Shown: in pieces, positions 31,409-45,469 of the stretch | Numbering within the stretch: the stretch's first letter is position 1 | Layout: every line of letters begins with the position of its first letter | Origin: Octopus vulgaris | Lineage: Eukaryota | Length of the DNA: 64,000 nucleotides | Assembly (NCBI GenBank): GCA_951406725.2 | Contig: OX597823.1 | Location: 84,444,001 to 84,508,000, forward strand | Direction of reading: 5' to 3' | Notes under the pieces: model-generated | Databases searched by the model: none | What the model was told of the DNA's origin: nothing | The model's input: the letters and a program-made list of their open reading frames with translations, nothing else | Program-made: the position numbers and the translations under genes

Positions 31409-31759
31409 TGTTAAAAAAAAATACTAATTAAAGAAATAAATAATTTTACAGAAATTGCCGAACAGATAATTTCAGTTTTGATATACTATCTCCGGAAAAT
31501 CAGCCAAAGCTGATTTCAGTGCGGTCTGAACGGAGATTAGCATTGTCTTTCAATCATTCGAATTTTTCCTCCTGAAACCTTGGAAGTTCAGAAGTTTCAT
31601 CACACAATAACTGTAGATATAAGGGCAGTGAGGGGACGACAAAAATGAAAAAAAAAAAAAAAAAAAAAATTCGGCTTGCCGCGCAATGGGTGCGAACCCG
31701 GAACAGTGCTGAACCAACTTCATTATCGCCAGCTAGACTTGCACCAAGAAATTTACACA

Positions 31760-32285
31760 CGCTTACACGCACACACACACACACACACACGACTGTGCGT
31801 GTATGCGTGCGTATGTATGTATATGTATGCTTGTGTGCGTATGAGTGTGTGTATGTGTGCGTATTTATGTTTGTGTGTGTGTGCGTTTATGCATATTCCC
31901 ATGTTTGTTTGTGTGTGCGTGCGTGTGTGCGCGTGTGTGTGCGTATTCAATTTTGTCTGTGTGTGCGCGTTTACATATTCCTGTTTCCGTATATATGTGT
32001 ATTTCCATGTTTGTGCTTGTATGCATGTGTGCGCGTGTGTGTATTTCTATATGTGTGTGTATGTGCATATTTCTCTCTATGTGTGCGTATTTCTATGCGT
32101 ATGTGCTTATTTCTATGCGTGTGTGCTTATTTCTAAGCGTGTATACGCATTCATGTTTGTCTGTGTGCTTATCCTTATATTTGTGTGAGCGTGTGTGCGT
32201 TTTCATGTTTGTCTATGTGTGCGAATCTGCGTGTGTGCGTATCTCATATGTTTTGTCTGTGTGTGCGTGCATGTGTGTATCTTCT
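31760..32285. repeat. Degenerate (TG/CG)n low-complexity tract
   Basis: Direct reading. Confidence 0.9.
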
Positions 32286-32784
32286 ATAAATCGTCTCTAA
32301 TCAGATATGATTGTTGTAAGTTACGACTACGGCAATAACGAAGTCATACACTTAATACAATACCACCCCCTTCCTACTTTCTCTCCTTATGACATGCCTT
32401 CCTCCACCCTCTGTCTTATTAGTCTGCCTCCCTCTCTCTATCTCTCTCTATTTCCTCTCACGCTCTGTTTCTGTCTCTCTGACCGTTTGTCAGTCTATCT
32501 GTAGTTTCTCTCTCTCTCTTTACACATTTATGCGAGTTCGTGTGACGACTGTTCCTCTTATTGCTGATCCCCAGGTCGGCATCGAATTGAGCAAATTAAC
32601 TATATATTTTTCCAACCGTGACCGTTACGTCTTATTTTGTGATCGAAGATATCGTATTTTGGGCTGACAACGTGTGAGGTTTTCAATGTAAGCACGCGCT
32701 TGCGCACACACTACATACATACATATATATATATATAAATATATGCATACGTATATAGGCACACATACACACACACAGATGTGT

Positions 32785-33185
32785 TTACTCTTATACTCTT
32801 TTACTTGTCTCAGTCATGTGGCTGAGGCCATGCTGGAGCACCGTCTTTAGTCGAGCAAATCCACCCCAGGATTTATTCTTTGTAAGCCTAGTACTTATTC
32901 TATCGTCTCTTTTGTCGAACCGCTAAGTTACGGGGACGTAAATACACCAGTATCGGTTATCAAGGGATGTTGGGGAAGGGGGACAAACACAGACACACAA
33001 ACATGCACACATATATATACGACGGGTTTCTTTCAGTTTCCGTCTACCAAATCCACTCAAACAGCTCTGGTCAGCCCGAAGCTATAGTAGAATACACTTG
33101 CCCAAGGTGCCACGTAGTGGGACTGAACCTAGAACCATGTGGTTGGTAAACAAGTTACTTACCACACAGCCACTCCCACGCCTAT
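32785..33185 (-). mobile_element. SINE family B, full length
   Basis: Reverse-complement match. Confidence 0.9.
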
Positions 33186-34054
33186 GTTTATATATATTAG
33201 TGCATGTGTGTGTGCCCGCGTGAATGTGCGGGAATGGTCTTGTGAGTAGGATGTTCGTTTCCTAAACAGATGGTTTTTCGGGTTCAATTTCACTGCGCAG
33301 CCCTTTGCGGAAGTGTATTCAACTTCAGCCCCCGAATCGAAGTTTGGTTTGTGATTGAATTTTGTTGGGCGAAACTGTGTTTAATCCCGTCGAGTGCGCG
33401 CACGCGCATCACCCCTCACCCTCCCACACCACCACATTCTAAGTGTGTTGGTGTGTGTGTGTGTAGTTTCGTGTCGTCACACTACCCTCCCGCCGCTCGA
33501 CAACCGGTCTTGGTTTATTTACATCCCTATTATTTATCGGATCAGCAAAAAGTGTTTGGTAGAATAAATATTGAACTTAGAATATATCCTTTGGTGCCCC
33601 AGCATGACCGTAATCCGATGACTGAAACGAGTAAAAACATATTTTAAAGACAGTAGTGTATCATTTGGTAGGTTGGTAGGAGAGATTTAGTTGTTATTTC
33701 TAGCAAGTCATGTCTTATGTGTATATGAATATGTGCGTGTGAGACGGACATGATCGTCATATTCGTCGTAGCTGCTACTGTTGTTTAACCCCAGGTCTTA
33801 CCTGATTGAGCAGACTTATGATCAATGTGATTCAAGCAGTGGACAGCAGGATCACATAACCGAGCGTGCCTTTATTTAAGACAGTGGAAGTTGTGATCTG
33901 ATTGAGATTTAGCTGGTATTTCTAGCACATCGACCATCTGTATAGAGAAACACTTGTTTATTTCGTGACTGTCTGCGTATGGGTGTCTGTGTGTTTGCTC
34001 ATTGTATGTGTGTGTGTGTGTGTGTTGATATGTCAATATGTAATAGTGTTGCTT

Positions 34055-34335
34055 GTGGAGGCATATGGCCAAGTGGTTAGAGCAACGGACTCGCGGTCGA
34101 GAGATCGCGGGTTCGAATCTCAGATCGGGCGATGTGTGTGTTTATGAGCGAAACACCTAAGCTCCACGCGGCTCCGACAGAAGGTAAGGGCGAACTTCCG
34201 CTGATTCTTTCGCCACAACTTTCTCTCCCTCTTTCCTCTTGCGACGGACCGGCGTCCCGTCCAGGTGGGGTACCTATACGCCAAGGAAACCGGGAAACCA
34301 GCCCTTATGAACCAGGCGTGGCTCGAGAAGAAACA
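34055..34335 (+). mobile_element. SINE family C head with an alternative 3' domain
   Basis: Head gtggaggcatatggccaagtggttag...gggttcgaatc. Tail gcgacggaccggcgtcccgtccagg...ggaaaccagcccttatga. Confidence 0.8.
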
Positions 34336-35270
34336 AACAGCAATATTGTTGTTTAATTCCAGGACAATCCTAACGGATATGACCAATGACATTCCAGCCA
34401 TGGCCATCCCGTCTTCTTATATGCTGAGAATCCTGTATCAAATTATCTAACGTGTATTTAAAGTTAGTGGTGGAAAAGGAAGGTGATTTGGCTGCTATTT
34501 TTTGCAGGTTGATCAACTGTACGAAGAGATCATCTTCAGTTCACGTGTGTGTGCGCGCGCATAATATACCTCAGGCCACCCCTCGTCTTTTCATATATAT
34601 AGTGGAACGCAGGGTGCAGGAGAACCTGATTTGAGGGAGATTTAGCAGCTATTTCTAGGGAGATTATCGACCGTGTAGACACGCTTTTAATTACTTCTGT
34701 GCGTGTGTGGTGCTTGTTTTGTGTCTCTCTGTCTGTCTCTACCTCTGTGAGAGTGTGTTTGTGTGTGTGAGCACGCCCGCGTATGTGCATGTGTGTGTGT
34801 GTGTGTGTGTGTGCGTGTCTTTGCTTTTGTGTCTATGTGGGTGTGTGCTTGTGTGTATGTGTATTTGTATGACTGCATGTGTATATTTGTGTGAGTATGT
34901 GTGTGCACGCGCACATATGTGGTGTGTCTGTGTGTGTGCGTGCCTTTGCATATGTGTGTACTTGTGTGTATATATATTTGTATGTGTGCATGTGTATGTT
35001 TGTCGGTGTGTCGGTGTGTGTATTTTTGTGTTGTCACCCCACCGCCGCTCGACAACCGGTCTTGGTTTATTTACATCCCTATTATTTATCGGATCAGCAA
35101 AAAGTGTGTGTGTGCACGCGCACATATGTGCGTGTATGCGCGCGTACCTTTGTATATGTGTGTGCTTGTGTGTATATATATTTGTATATGTGCATGCGTA
35201 TATGTTTGTGTATGTGTGTGTGTGTGTGTGTGTGCACGCACGCGTATGTGTGCTTTTGTTTTTGTGTATA

Positions 35271-35495
35271 TGTGAGTGTGTGTGCATGTGTGTATATATA
35301 TTTGTAGGTGTGCATGTGTATATATATGTGAGTGTGTGAGCATGTGTGTATATATATTTGTAGGTGTGCATGTGTATATATATGTGAGTGTGTGAGCATG
35401 TGTGTATATATATTTGTAGGTGTGCATGTGTATATATATGTGAGTGTGTGAGCATGTGTGTATATATATTTGTAGGTGTGCATGTGTATATGTTT
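35271..35495. repeat. 56-bp tandem minisatellite, about 4 copies
   Basis: Unit agtgtgtgagcatgtgtgtatatatatttgtaggtgtgcatgtgtatatatatgtg. Confidence 0.85.
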
Positions 35496-35679
35496 GTGTA
35501 TGTGAGTGTGTATGTCTAACTGTGTGTGCACGCGCGCATATGTGCATATGCGTGTGTGCGCGCCTTTATTTATATGTGAGTGTGTGTGCTTGTGTATATA
35601 TTTGCATTGTTGCATGTGTATATGTGTGTGTATATGTGTGTGGATTTACATTAGTTATTAGCATGTTATCCGTTACATA

Positions 35680-36005
35680 ATTTAATTTTGGATTTAGTAG
35701 ACGGAAACTGAAAGGAAACCCTTGTATAAGTACACACACATACACACCACATATACACACACATATGCGTGTGTGTGTGTATGCATGTATTTGCGTCGGT
35801 GTTTGTCCCCCATCCCCACCGCTTGATAATCGGTGTTGGTATGTTTACCTCCCCGCTACTTAGCGGTTCGGCACCGGATGCCGATTAAATAAGTCCCGGG
35901 TTGAAAACCCAAAATAAATAGCGGTACTGATTCGTTCGATTAAATATTCTTCGACGTGGTGCTCCAGCATGGCCGCAAGTCTAATGAATGAAACAAGTAA
36001 AAGAC
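35680..36005 (+). mobile_element. SINE family B, body and tail (diverged)
   Basis: ggatttagtagacggaaactgaaag ... gtggtgctccagcatggccgca. Confidence 0.75.
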
Positions 36006-36040
36006 AAAACACACACACTCTCACACACACACACACACAC

Positions 36041-36130
<90 letters not shown>

Positions 36131-36224
36131 ACACACACACACACACTCCGTATCTGTCTCTCACATAAGACCAACCAGCTTTTCCCGTCACAGAAAGATC
36201 TCTGTGTCTGTGTGTCCGTTCGTG

Positions 36225-36660
36225 TGTGAAAATACTTTTGCACGTGTGTGTATGTACTTCTAGTTAATTATTTGGCATATATTCTATCATTCCTTCATTC
36301 GCTCATTCTCATATGCTTTAACTGGTTTCTCAATTCGTTTGTAAAAATACGTTCGTATGTGTGGGTATGAACTTACAACTAATTAATAAATACAAACATA
36401 TATTCTAAACATTCTTTTATTCATTCATTCTCATATTCTTTAACTGGTATGACTGTTCGAGATGTTTGTATTTATCTGTATGTTCATCCATCTAATATTT
36501 AAACGTATATTCTACCATACACTTATTCGTTTATTCCTGTATTCTTTTACCGGTGCCTAATCGTATGTGGAAATACGTTTGTATGCGTGTATGTACTTCT
36601 ATCTAATTAATGATTAAATATATTCTATCATTCTCTTATTCTTACATTCTTTTACTGGTT
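36225..36660. repeat. Degenerate tandem repeat, about 110-120 bp x 4
   Basis: tatattcta..ca...ttc....attc.....ttt(a)actgg recurs at about 36278, 36400, 36507 and 36620. Confidence 0.65.
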
Positions 36661-37136
36661 CGGTTGCGCTGTGACCACGATACGATACCGCTTTCAATGA
36701 TATTTTTGTCCGAACTATTGATATTGTTGTTGTCCATTAGTCAGTCTGACTTATGATCAGAGGCACTCCAGATGTGGCCATCCTGTTTTGCTTTTTTGGG
36801 TTGGATATCTAGGACTGCAGTATGTAATGTGTCTTTGAACACAGTTTTTATAAGAAAGTACTGAGTGATTTGAGGGCGATTAGGCTGCCATAACTGGTAC
36901 GTTTATTAGATATCGACTACCTAAATATTATGCTGTTGTTGTGTATTTTATCGAAATCTCTTTGTTGAACAACTACAGATCATAAAGAGACGTAACATTT
37001 AAACTTTGATAGGGACTTAGACATACACACATTTGTACGAATGTGTGTAAGTATATATTTGTATATAAAATAAACAATATAAATATATGCATGTATACAA
37101 ACATATATGTACGTACATACACACACATACATACAC

Positions 37137-37184
<48 letters not shown>

Positions 37185-37674
37185 AGGTTTGGAGATGATG
37201 TACAGGTATTATATATTAGAAGAAATGAGGTAATCAGAAGATCGGAGGGTTCATATTTACAGATATTTATTTATATATTACCATTTTTTACATATATATA
37301 TCATATCATTCAGATCATATCATTCAGATCATTAGCGCTTTCTCCCATTCTAGTGGGGTTTTCAAATCAAAATAATTCCTTTGTGGGGAATTTTAATCAT
37401 TTTATAGAGTTTCGTACATATATATATATATATATGTATATGTATATAGACACGCATATATGGGTACAGGACATAAAAAAAAAACGTTGAACCCAATGAG
37501 AAAGGAAAACATAAAAACAAAAACATAGAAAACGAACTTATTTTCGAACAGCGAAAAAAACAGAGAAACGAGACATGCAACATAAAGAATATTCCCCTTC
37601 ATCAATTGTCCCAGTTTCACCTACTCAGCGTGTCGAAGGCATATATACATATATATCCCTTTATATACAAAGGG

Positions 37675-37975
37675 ATAAACCCGTTTGTAAAGACCATAAG
37701 ATTGCACTAGAAAGTTTCCCTCCAAGGCACAAGTTCAGCAAAGGCTGTTTGCGGAAAACCAGATGTCTCCCATGTATACCAGCCTCCTCTCTCCAAGCCA
37801 CCGAGGTCATCTAAGGAAAAAGGTCTATACAGCTTGGCACCAGTGGACGTCACAATTCATTTCTGCGGCTGAGTGAACTGGGGCAAGGTGAAATGAAAGT
37901 GTGTTGCACGAGAACGCGGCCTAGGAATCGAGCTCACGACGTCACGACCCTCTAACGACTGTACCATGCGCCTTC
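37675..37975 (-). mobile_element. SINE family E (diverged)
   Basis: Homologous to 19127-19460. Confidence 0.75.
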
Positions 37976-38078
37976 TCTGTCGTTTCTAAATTCGCGTTCG
38001 TTTCTACATTCAGTATACGTTACGTCGTTTGTTCATGCACTTTTTCATTTATCAAGTAATGGAACGCAACACACACTG

Positions 38079-38628
<550 letters not shown>

Positions 38629-38869
38629 TAAAGCTCAAAATTACCTAAATAGACCCTCCACCTCAATCCCAAAAAACTGTTGCTAGGTCAACCCTGTAAT
38701 CAAAGACGAGCCAGTTATGACCATCCCAACATTTTTTTTCATCACAAGTCATTCTGGATAATATTATTCGAATCCTGCAAATATTTAGCCACACAGCTCT
38801 TAGTATTGTTTATGTTCATCCTCTCGGGGGTCGATGAAATAAATACCGGTTATACACATATTTATATAG

Positions 38870-39050
38870 GGAGAATTCACAAAAAAACGAAGACAGTTGG
38901 TGTAGACAACAAACAGATGTATTAGTATAAGGCTCGGGAAGTGAAAAAGTCTAACGTTTCCAGCCTACGCTCTTCCACAGAAAGGAACATAGAAAGAAAC
39001 AAGGACAGAAAATAAAGAATGTGTAGTGGCAAGCTATCTATCATGGCGAA
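38870..39050 (-). mobile_element. Short HHR-bearing element, family H1
   Basis: Minus: cttt-CTGTGGA-a-gagc-gtag-gctg-GAAA-cg-TT-ag. Homologous to 50868-51042. Confidence 0.65.
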
Positions 39051-39335
39051 TATAATTAATATATATATATATATATATATATATCTTCATATATACATAC
39101 ATGTACACACCAGCATATATATGTACATATGTATGCATATATGGGTACAGGACGTAAAAGAAACGTGAGCAAAATGAGAAACGAGAACCCTAAAACAACT
39201 CTTTCGCTGTTCGAAAAGGAGTTCGTTTTCCATGTTTTTGTTTTCCATGTTTTCGTTTCTCATTTCGTTCACGTTTTTTGGCGTCCATATACGCATGTAT
39301 ATATACATATATATGCGGGTGTTTACATGTATGTA

Positions 39336-39461
<126 letters not shown>

Positions 39462-39650
39462 TAATCATTTCACCAAGTGTTCAGTATGTAAAAGGACCAT
39501 TTAAGGCGAATTCAAAATATTACGTTATTACATTTTGGCTGCTATTTCTACTAAGTTCAGTATGTGGCAAAGTAATTTATATATATATATATATATATAT
39601 CATTTATATTACTATATGATCGAACGCCACGCATCCATTTCCAAGTAAGG

Positions 39651-39696
<46 letters not shown>

Positions 39697-39700
39697 TTGC

Positions 39701-39737
<37 letters not shown>

Positions 39738-39745
39738 TAAATAGG

Positions 39746-39952
39746 CGAGTCGGTGCTGAAAAGTTCTTGGTTTTAAAGGTGTCGCGAAAGGCCTGGTTGG
39801 GGGCCCAAATTTCCGAGTTAAAAAGCACTAAAGGATCGCTGCAAAATATGTGTGTGAATCTTGGAGGAAAATATATTAAATAAAGTCATATTTAACTGAT
39901 CCTCCAGTATTTTCTTTTACCCAAAACCAGGCATTTTTTCAGCACCCACTCC
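39746..39952. mobile_element. Tc1/mariner-like MITE
   Basis: TIR ggtgctgaaaagttcttggtttt / aaaaccaggcattttttcagcacc. Confidence 0.7.
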
Positions 39953-39962
39953 TCTATGTGTA

Positions 39963-39994
<32 letters not shown>

Positions 39995-39997
<3 letters not shown>

Positions 39998-40210
39998 AGT
40001 GGTTAGGGTGTTGGACTTATGATCATAAGATTGTGGTTTCGATTCCCGGACCAGGCGACGTGTTGTGTTTCACGTTGCTCCAGTTCAATTAGCAGGCAAA
40101 AGTGAGTAACAAAGCGACGGACCACTTTGTTTCAGGTAGGGAATATACACACTATGGAAATAGGAAAACCGGCCCTATGAGTCTATATGACTCGGGAAAG
40201 ATCTTTATCT
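39995..40210 (+). mobile_element. SINE with family D-like head and the 34055-type tail (diverged)
   Basis: tagtggttagggtgttggac...ggtttcgattcc...tttcacgttgctccag...gcgacggacc...aaaccggccctatgag. Confidence 0.65.
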
Positions 40211-40268
40211 GCGCATGACTTAGTGATTAGGGTGTCACGCTCACGATTGCATATATATACTAACGTTG

Positions 40269-40306
<38 letters not shown>

Positions 40307-40314
40307 CAACGTTA

Positions 40315-40353
<39 letters not shown>

Positions 40354-40596
40354 AAATATTCTATCACTATAAAGAAATCGTCTGTGCTAACGCCGATGGC
40401 TGCCCCCTCGTACTGAGCATATATTTTATTGTTAAACTTAAACGTGTGGCCTTTTAGAGTAACTCTTATACTAGCTCTGGCCGAAATAAGATTAAGATTA
40501 ATATAATAAATAAATAAGATTGATGCAAAATATGACCAAACGTATAGTGTGTGTGTTTCTATTGGCTAAACTGGCAAAATGACCATTCCGAAATAT

Positions 40597-40697
<101 letters not shown>

Positions 40698-40757
40698 TTA
40701 TTTATACATTTATTTATTTATATATTTATATATATATATTGATTGATTGATTGATTG

Positions 40758-41668
40758 ATTCTAGTTTCAGCTTATGAGCTGTGGCCATGCTGGGGCACCG
40801 CCATTTGGTGTTGCTACTTGGTTTCACTTCATGGAGGCTTTCTAGCAACTGCTATTTGGTGCATGAGAGAGTTCGATGCAGCTGCCCTCATCTGCCCCTC
40901 CTGCCGTGAAGTTGGTTCATCTGGGACACCTGACAGGAAGAGATCCAGCTCCATTTTAAAGACATCTGTATCCACCCCATGAAGGTCTCTCAGGTTCATC
41001 GGGAGGATATTGAAGAGCTGTGGGCTTCGGAAGCCCAGGCTATCACAGAATCTTGTCCTACATCTTGATGGCAAGTTTGGAGTCCTAGGCACCACGCAGT
41101 GGCGCCCAGTTCTGGCATTTGCGTAACTCTTGATGCCAAAGTTCAGGACACTTCCTCCAGGATCTTCCAGATGTATATTATGGCATATCTTTCCCGCCTA
41201 CGCTCCAGGGAATATAATTTTAATCTCTTGAGTCTTTCCCAGTAGCTTACATTCTGCATAGAGGCTATCTTCTTCGTGTAGCTTCGTTGGATCGCCTCAA
41301 GTTCTGTGATCAACTTGACACTGGATGGTGACCATAGCTGAGAGCAATAGTCAAAGTGACTTAGGACAAGTGTCTTCCAGAGGACCATCATGGTTTCTTG
41401 TTCTCTTGTTCTAAAGGTTCTAAGAATCCATCCAGCCAGCCGTCTGCATTTCATTGTCAGTTTAGCAACATGTACATGAAAGGTCGCGTCATCACTCATG
41501 TGAATACCCAGGTCACGCATGATTGTGCCTCTGGGATAATCCCTCCGGGTCCAGTGTATTCCTTGGGTATTGCATTCAGTTTTGCATGCTGATAGTATAT
41601 AGCTTGAAACTTTTCAGCATTGAACTGCATGCTATTCTTTTCAGCCCACTTGTATATTTCGTCCAGCT
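40758..41668 (-). mobile_element. 5'-truncated CR1/L2-group LINE with (AATC)n tail
   Basis: LDEIYKWAEKNSMQFNAEKF, RDLGIHMSDD, LWKTLVLSHFDYCSQLWSP, LEAIQRSYTK, SYWERLKRLKLYSLERRRER. Frameshifted across ORFs 41143-41520 and 40829-41095. Confidence 0.9.
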
Positions 41669-41750
41669 ATATATATATATATATATATAAACATATCTAA
41701 ATTTATCTAAGTTTATAACAAGGCTTGGACCAATCTTTGGTCGAAGCATA

Positions 41751-41820
<70 letters not shown>

Positions 41821-41872
41821 ATATATATATATATAACATGGCCTGGACCAATCTTTGGTCGAAACATATCTA

Positions 41873-41912
<40 letters not shown>

Positions 41913-42549
41913 CCTGTGTGTAGTGTTTATATTTATGCATGCGATTTGAGGGAATATTTGGCTGGTACTTTTAGAAGATCGAGCTACCGGCGCAAGCTCC
42001 ATCGGTGCAAACATAGTTATTTATTCGCGCGTATGTAAGCTAATGCTCATACACACGCGCGCGCACACACTCATGTATGAAGAAGGGGGGAGGGGAAGAG
42101 AGAGCTAGATAGATAGAGAGAGAGAGGAAGAAAGGGTGAGATAGATAGAGGCAGAGAAAGACAGAGAAAAACAAACGGGTTGAGCTAAATGAGGATCTGC
42201 GGTGTTTTTATTTTTTCTGTAATCACCACCTCACTGTAAATTACACACACACGCACACACACACGCACGCATACACACTAACACACACACACACGCGCGG
42301 AGACACGGTATTCACAGACGCACACCCACACTCGAATACAAATACACACATACGTGCACACACGCACACTTTGACCCTCTTTCCACCTGCCTCCCACCTT
42401 CCCTCCCCCTCTCTCATTCTCTCTCAATCATTCACTCTCTCACCTTCTTTTTCGCTTAAAACTAGTTCTCGGAGTTTTCCTTTTCTACATATAGATTCTC
42501 TTTCTTTCTCCCCGTTATCCACCTCTCTTTCTTCCTTTCTCTCCCTCTT

Positions 42550-42561
42550 CTTTCTTCTTTC

Positions 42562-42608
<47 letters not shown>

Positions 42609-42612
42609 TCGT

Positions 42613-42644
<32 letters not shown>

Positions 42645-42708
42645 TCGTTCTTTCTTTCTTTCGTTCTTTCTTTCGTTCTTTCTTTCTTTCGTTCTTTCTT
42701 TCTTTCGT

Positions 42709-42760
<52 letters not shown>

Positions 42761-42796
42761 TCGTTCTTTCGTTCTTTCGTTCTTTCTTTCTTTCGT

Positions 42797-42840
<44 letters not shown>

Positions 42841-42844
42841 TCAT

Positions 42845-42925
<81 letters not shown>
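42550..42925. repeat. (TTTC)n microsatellite with GTTC variants
   Basis: Direct reading. Confidence 0.95.
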
Positions 42926-42927
<2 letters not shown>

Positions 42928-43097
42928 CTTCCTCCCTCTTCTCCACCCCCCAGTCTCTCTCTCCTCTCTATTTATCGATCGTTTGCTTCCTCACTGTAGA
43001 ATATCCATGCTCTGGTTTATAAATTCTTACACAGGGAAATGACTAGACAAACATATACATAAATACGTGCATACACATATACATGCAGGTATGTATA

Positions 43098-43162
<65 letters not shown>

Positions 43163-43802
43163 GTCTGTCTGTCTGTCTGTGTATGAATTTATATAGTACA
43201 TATATTTGTACATCCTTTCATACATTCATGTGTGTATGAAATTTAGGTATGAGTGTTTATGTATGTATGTATGCATATATGTGTGTGTATTTATGTATGT
43301 GTGTATTTATGTATGTGTGTATGTATGTATGTATATGTATGTATGCATGCATGTATGTATGTGTATGTTTATGCATGTATGCATACATGCATGTTTGTAT
43401 GCATTCATGTATGTATGTATGTATGTATGTATGTATGTATGTATGTATGTATGTATGTATGTATGTATGTATGAATGGAGATACTGAAGAAATAAGAAAA
43501 TGTAAAAGAAAAGTTACAAAATGTACCATCGTGTGTTTGGAAAATGAAAAAGAGAAAATGGCTGTTACTCTGCGAAGTATTGTCAGTCACGTGCCGTTGT
43601 GTATCACATGTCAACAGTCAAACAAAGAAACAAATAAGTAAATAAAAACATACATTAATATACATTAATCGATGGTTTTATATTTTGTTTACAAGATTGT
43701 TGATGTGATATCTTGTCGTATCTCGTGAGGGACGTTATGCCAATGATGAACACACGCACAGGATCTACAGTAAATGTTTGGTGACTAAAACCTCATCGGC
43801 CA

Positions 43803-44013
43803 CTCATACTTAACGTATGCACTTCGTGTGTTTGCTGGCAGGCCGCATATGGCGTGTTGGAGATCACTCCACACGGCGCCGGATGTTAAATCACCTGAAA
43901 GTATTGGACAGGTGGGGTAGCGTTTAAACACCTCGCACTTTGAGGGAGTAATCTCCAACACTCCGGTCGAAGCCCTACCGGCAAACACACAAGGTGTGTA
44001 CGTTACGTATGTG
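43803..44013. repeat. Long imperfect inverted repeat (about 210-nt hairpin)
   Basis: catacttaacgtatgcacttcgtgtgtttgctggcagg / cctaccggcaaacacacaaggtgtgtacgttacgtatg; gtgttggagatcactcc / ggagtaatctccaacac; cacctg / caggtg. Confidence 0.85.
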
Positions 44014-44044
44014 TAGTTCATAATGTGTGTGTGTGTACTGTTCT

Positions 44045-44255
44045 TTTAAAGCTGCAAAAATGTCACAAAAACTGTGACTCAGTGTTTCACGTCTCCGCTC
44101 GTCAGGCAACCGTGGAATTGATCACAGCTCTTCGATGAACGGGAACGTTTTTTTGTGATGTTTTTGCAGCTTTAATAAAAAAAAGCATATTACTCAACCT
44201 TCGGTATTCGAGTACTATATTTTTCCACCTTGTTTTGCGTTTAGGTGCTACTCGT
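44045..44255. mobile_element. Fold-back HHR-bearing element, family H2
   Basis: Arms aaagctgcaaaaatgtcacaaaaa / tttttgtgatgtttttgcagcttt. Minus-strand CTGACGA-gcg-gaga-cgt-GAAA-cactgag-TC at 44071-44110. Relatives at 61830 and 63093. Confidence 0.7.
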
Positions 44256-44645
44256 ATATATCATCATCATAATCGTTTAACGCATGTCTTCCATACACAT
44301 ACATTACGTATGTATGTGTGTGTGTGTCTGCCTGTGTGAATGTATGCATGTATATATAACCTATATCGATATGAACCGTGAATCTGTTAATTTTCCTTTC
44401 ACAACATCCAATTTATTGAATATCACTCTGGTTGAACGCACTGAATATGTACAAACTTAGTGACAAGCATGTTGAAATCATGAATATACGGACAGACAGA
44501 CATCCTCTTCTGTCTCTCTGCCGATTTATACATGTATGTGTGCATGTTTTCGTTTGAGCATGTACTTGTTTTTATATATGTGCACGCATGAGTACGTATT
44601 TGTCTCTATATATGTATGTATTTCCCTCTCTCTCCCTTGTTTTCC

Positions 44646-44721
<76 letters not shown>

Positions 44722-45111
44722 CTATATCTATATCTATATCTCTCTCTCTCTATATATATATATAGATAGATATATATGCATGTATTTATGTATATATACA
44801 TATATATGTGTGTGTATTTATGTAACCGCCTTACGAATCAAATTAATGTGTACATGAAAGATTAATAACCTAATTTGATGTAGTAAGTATATTAATTATC
44901 GCCAGTACACATTCAATGAACGTAGAGTTTTGTCTCAAGCATAAGATAAATTTTACAACGTAATGTTTTTGAACACATTGAAGAGATACTGACGTTATCA
45001 AAGAACCAACTTACCACCTCAGGGCAATGTGGATTAAAACAATAAGAAAAACGAACAGTGCTGGTGTTATAAAGAATTATAAACTAGCAGTTCTGAAACA
45101 ATGCACCTCAC

Positions 45112-45156
<45 letters not shown>

Positions 45157-45469
45157 TCATGAAGTTTCATTTTGCACTTCTTTGGTTGTTGCTTTGGCGC
45201 CGTATATTTTTACGCTTTTCGAGCACGTGCTTCCACTTGCCCGACTCAAAGCTTGTTTGTGCTATTTGCATAATTTACTCCCCGTTTCCCTACCTCTCTT
45301 ACTCACTATGTCTGTCTGTTCGTCTCTGTCTGTCTGTCTGTCTCCCTCTCTCACACACTCACACACAAGGAAACAAATGCATAAACATAAAAATCTATAC
45401 TGGTATTTGGGTATTTTGAAAAACGAATTATTTATATTTTTTTTATATGCTTGTGTAATTAATTCTTTC

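Noticed and set aside
37590-37640. Hammerhead at the minus-strand TTGATGAagggg
   Set aside because: Only a half-core; no nearby stem II-GAAA-UH arrangement.
42371-43042. ORFs resembling a membrane protein (FFLS)n or charged coiled coil (KKER)n
   Set aside because: Both are readings of a (TTTC)n tract.
43742-43900. Box C/D snoRNA (ATGATGA ... CTGA)
   Set aside because: The CTGA is buried inside the long hairpin, and no terminal stem or guide sequence is evident.
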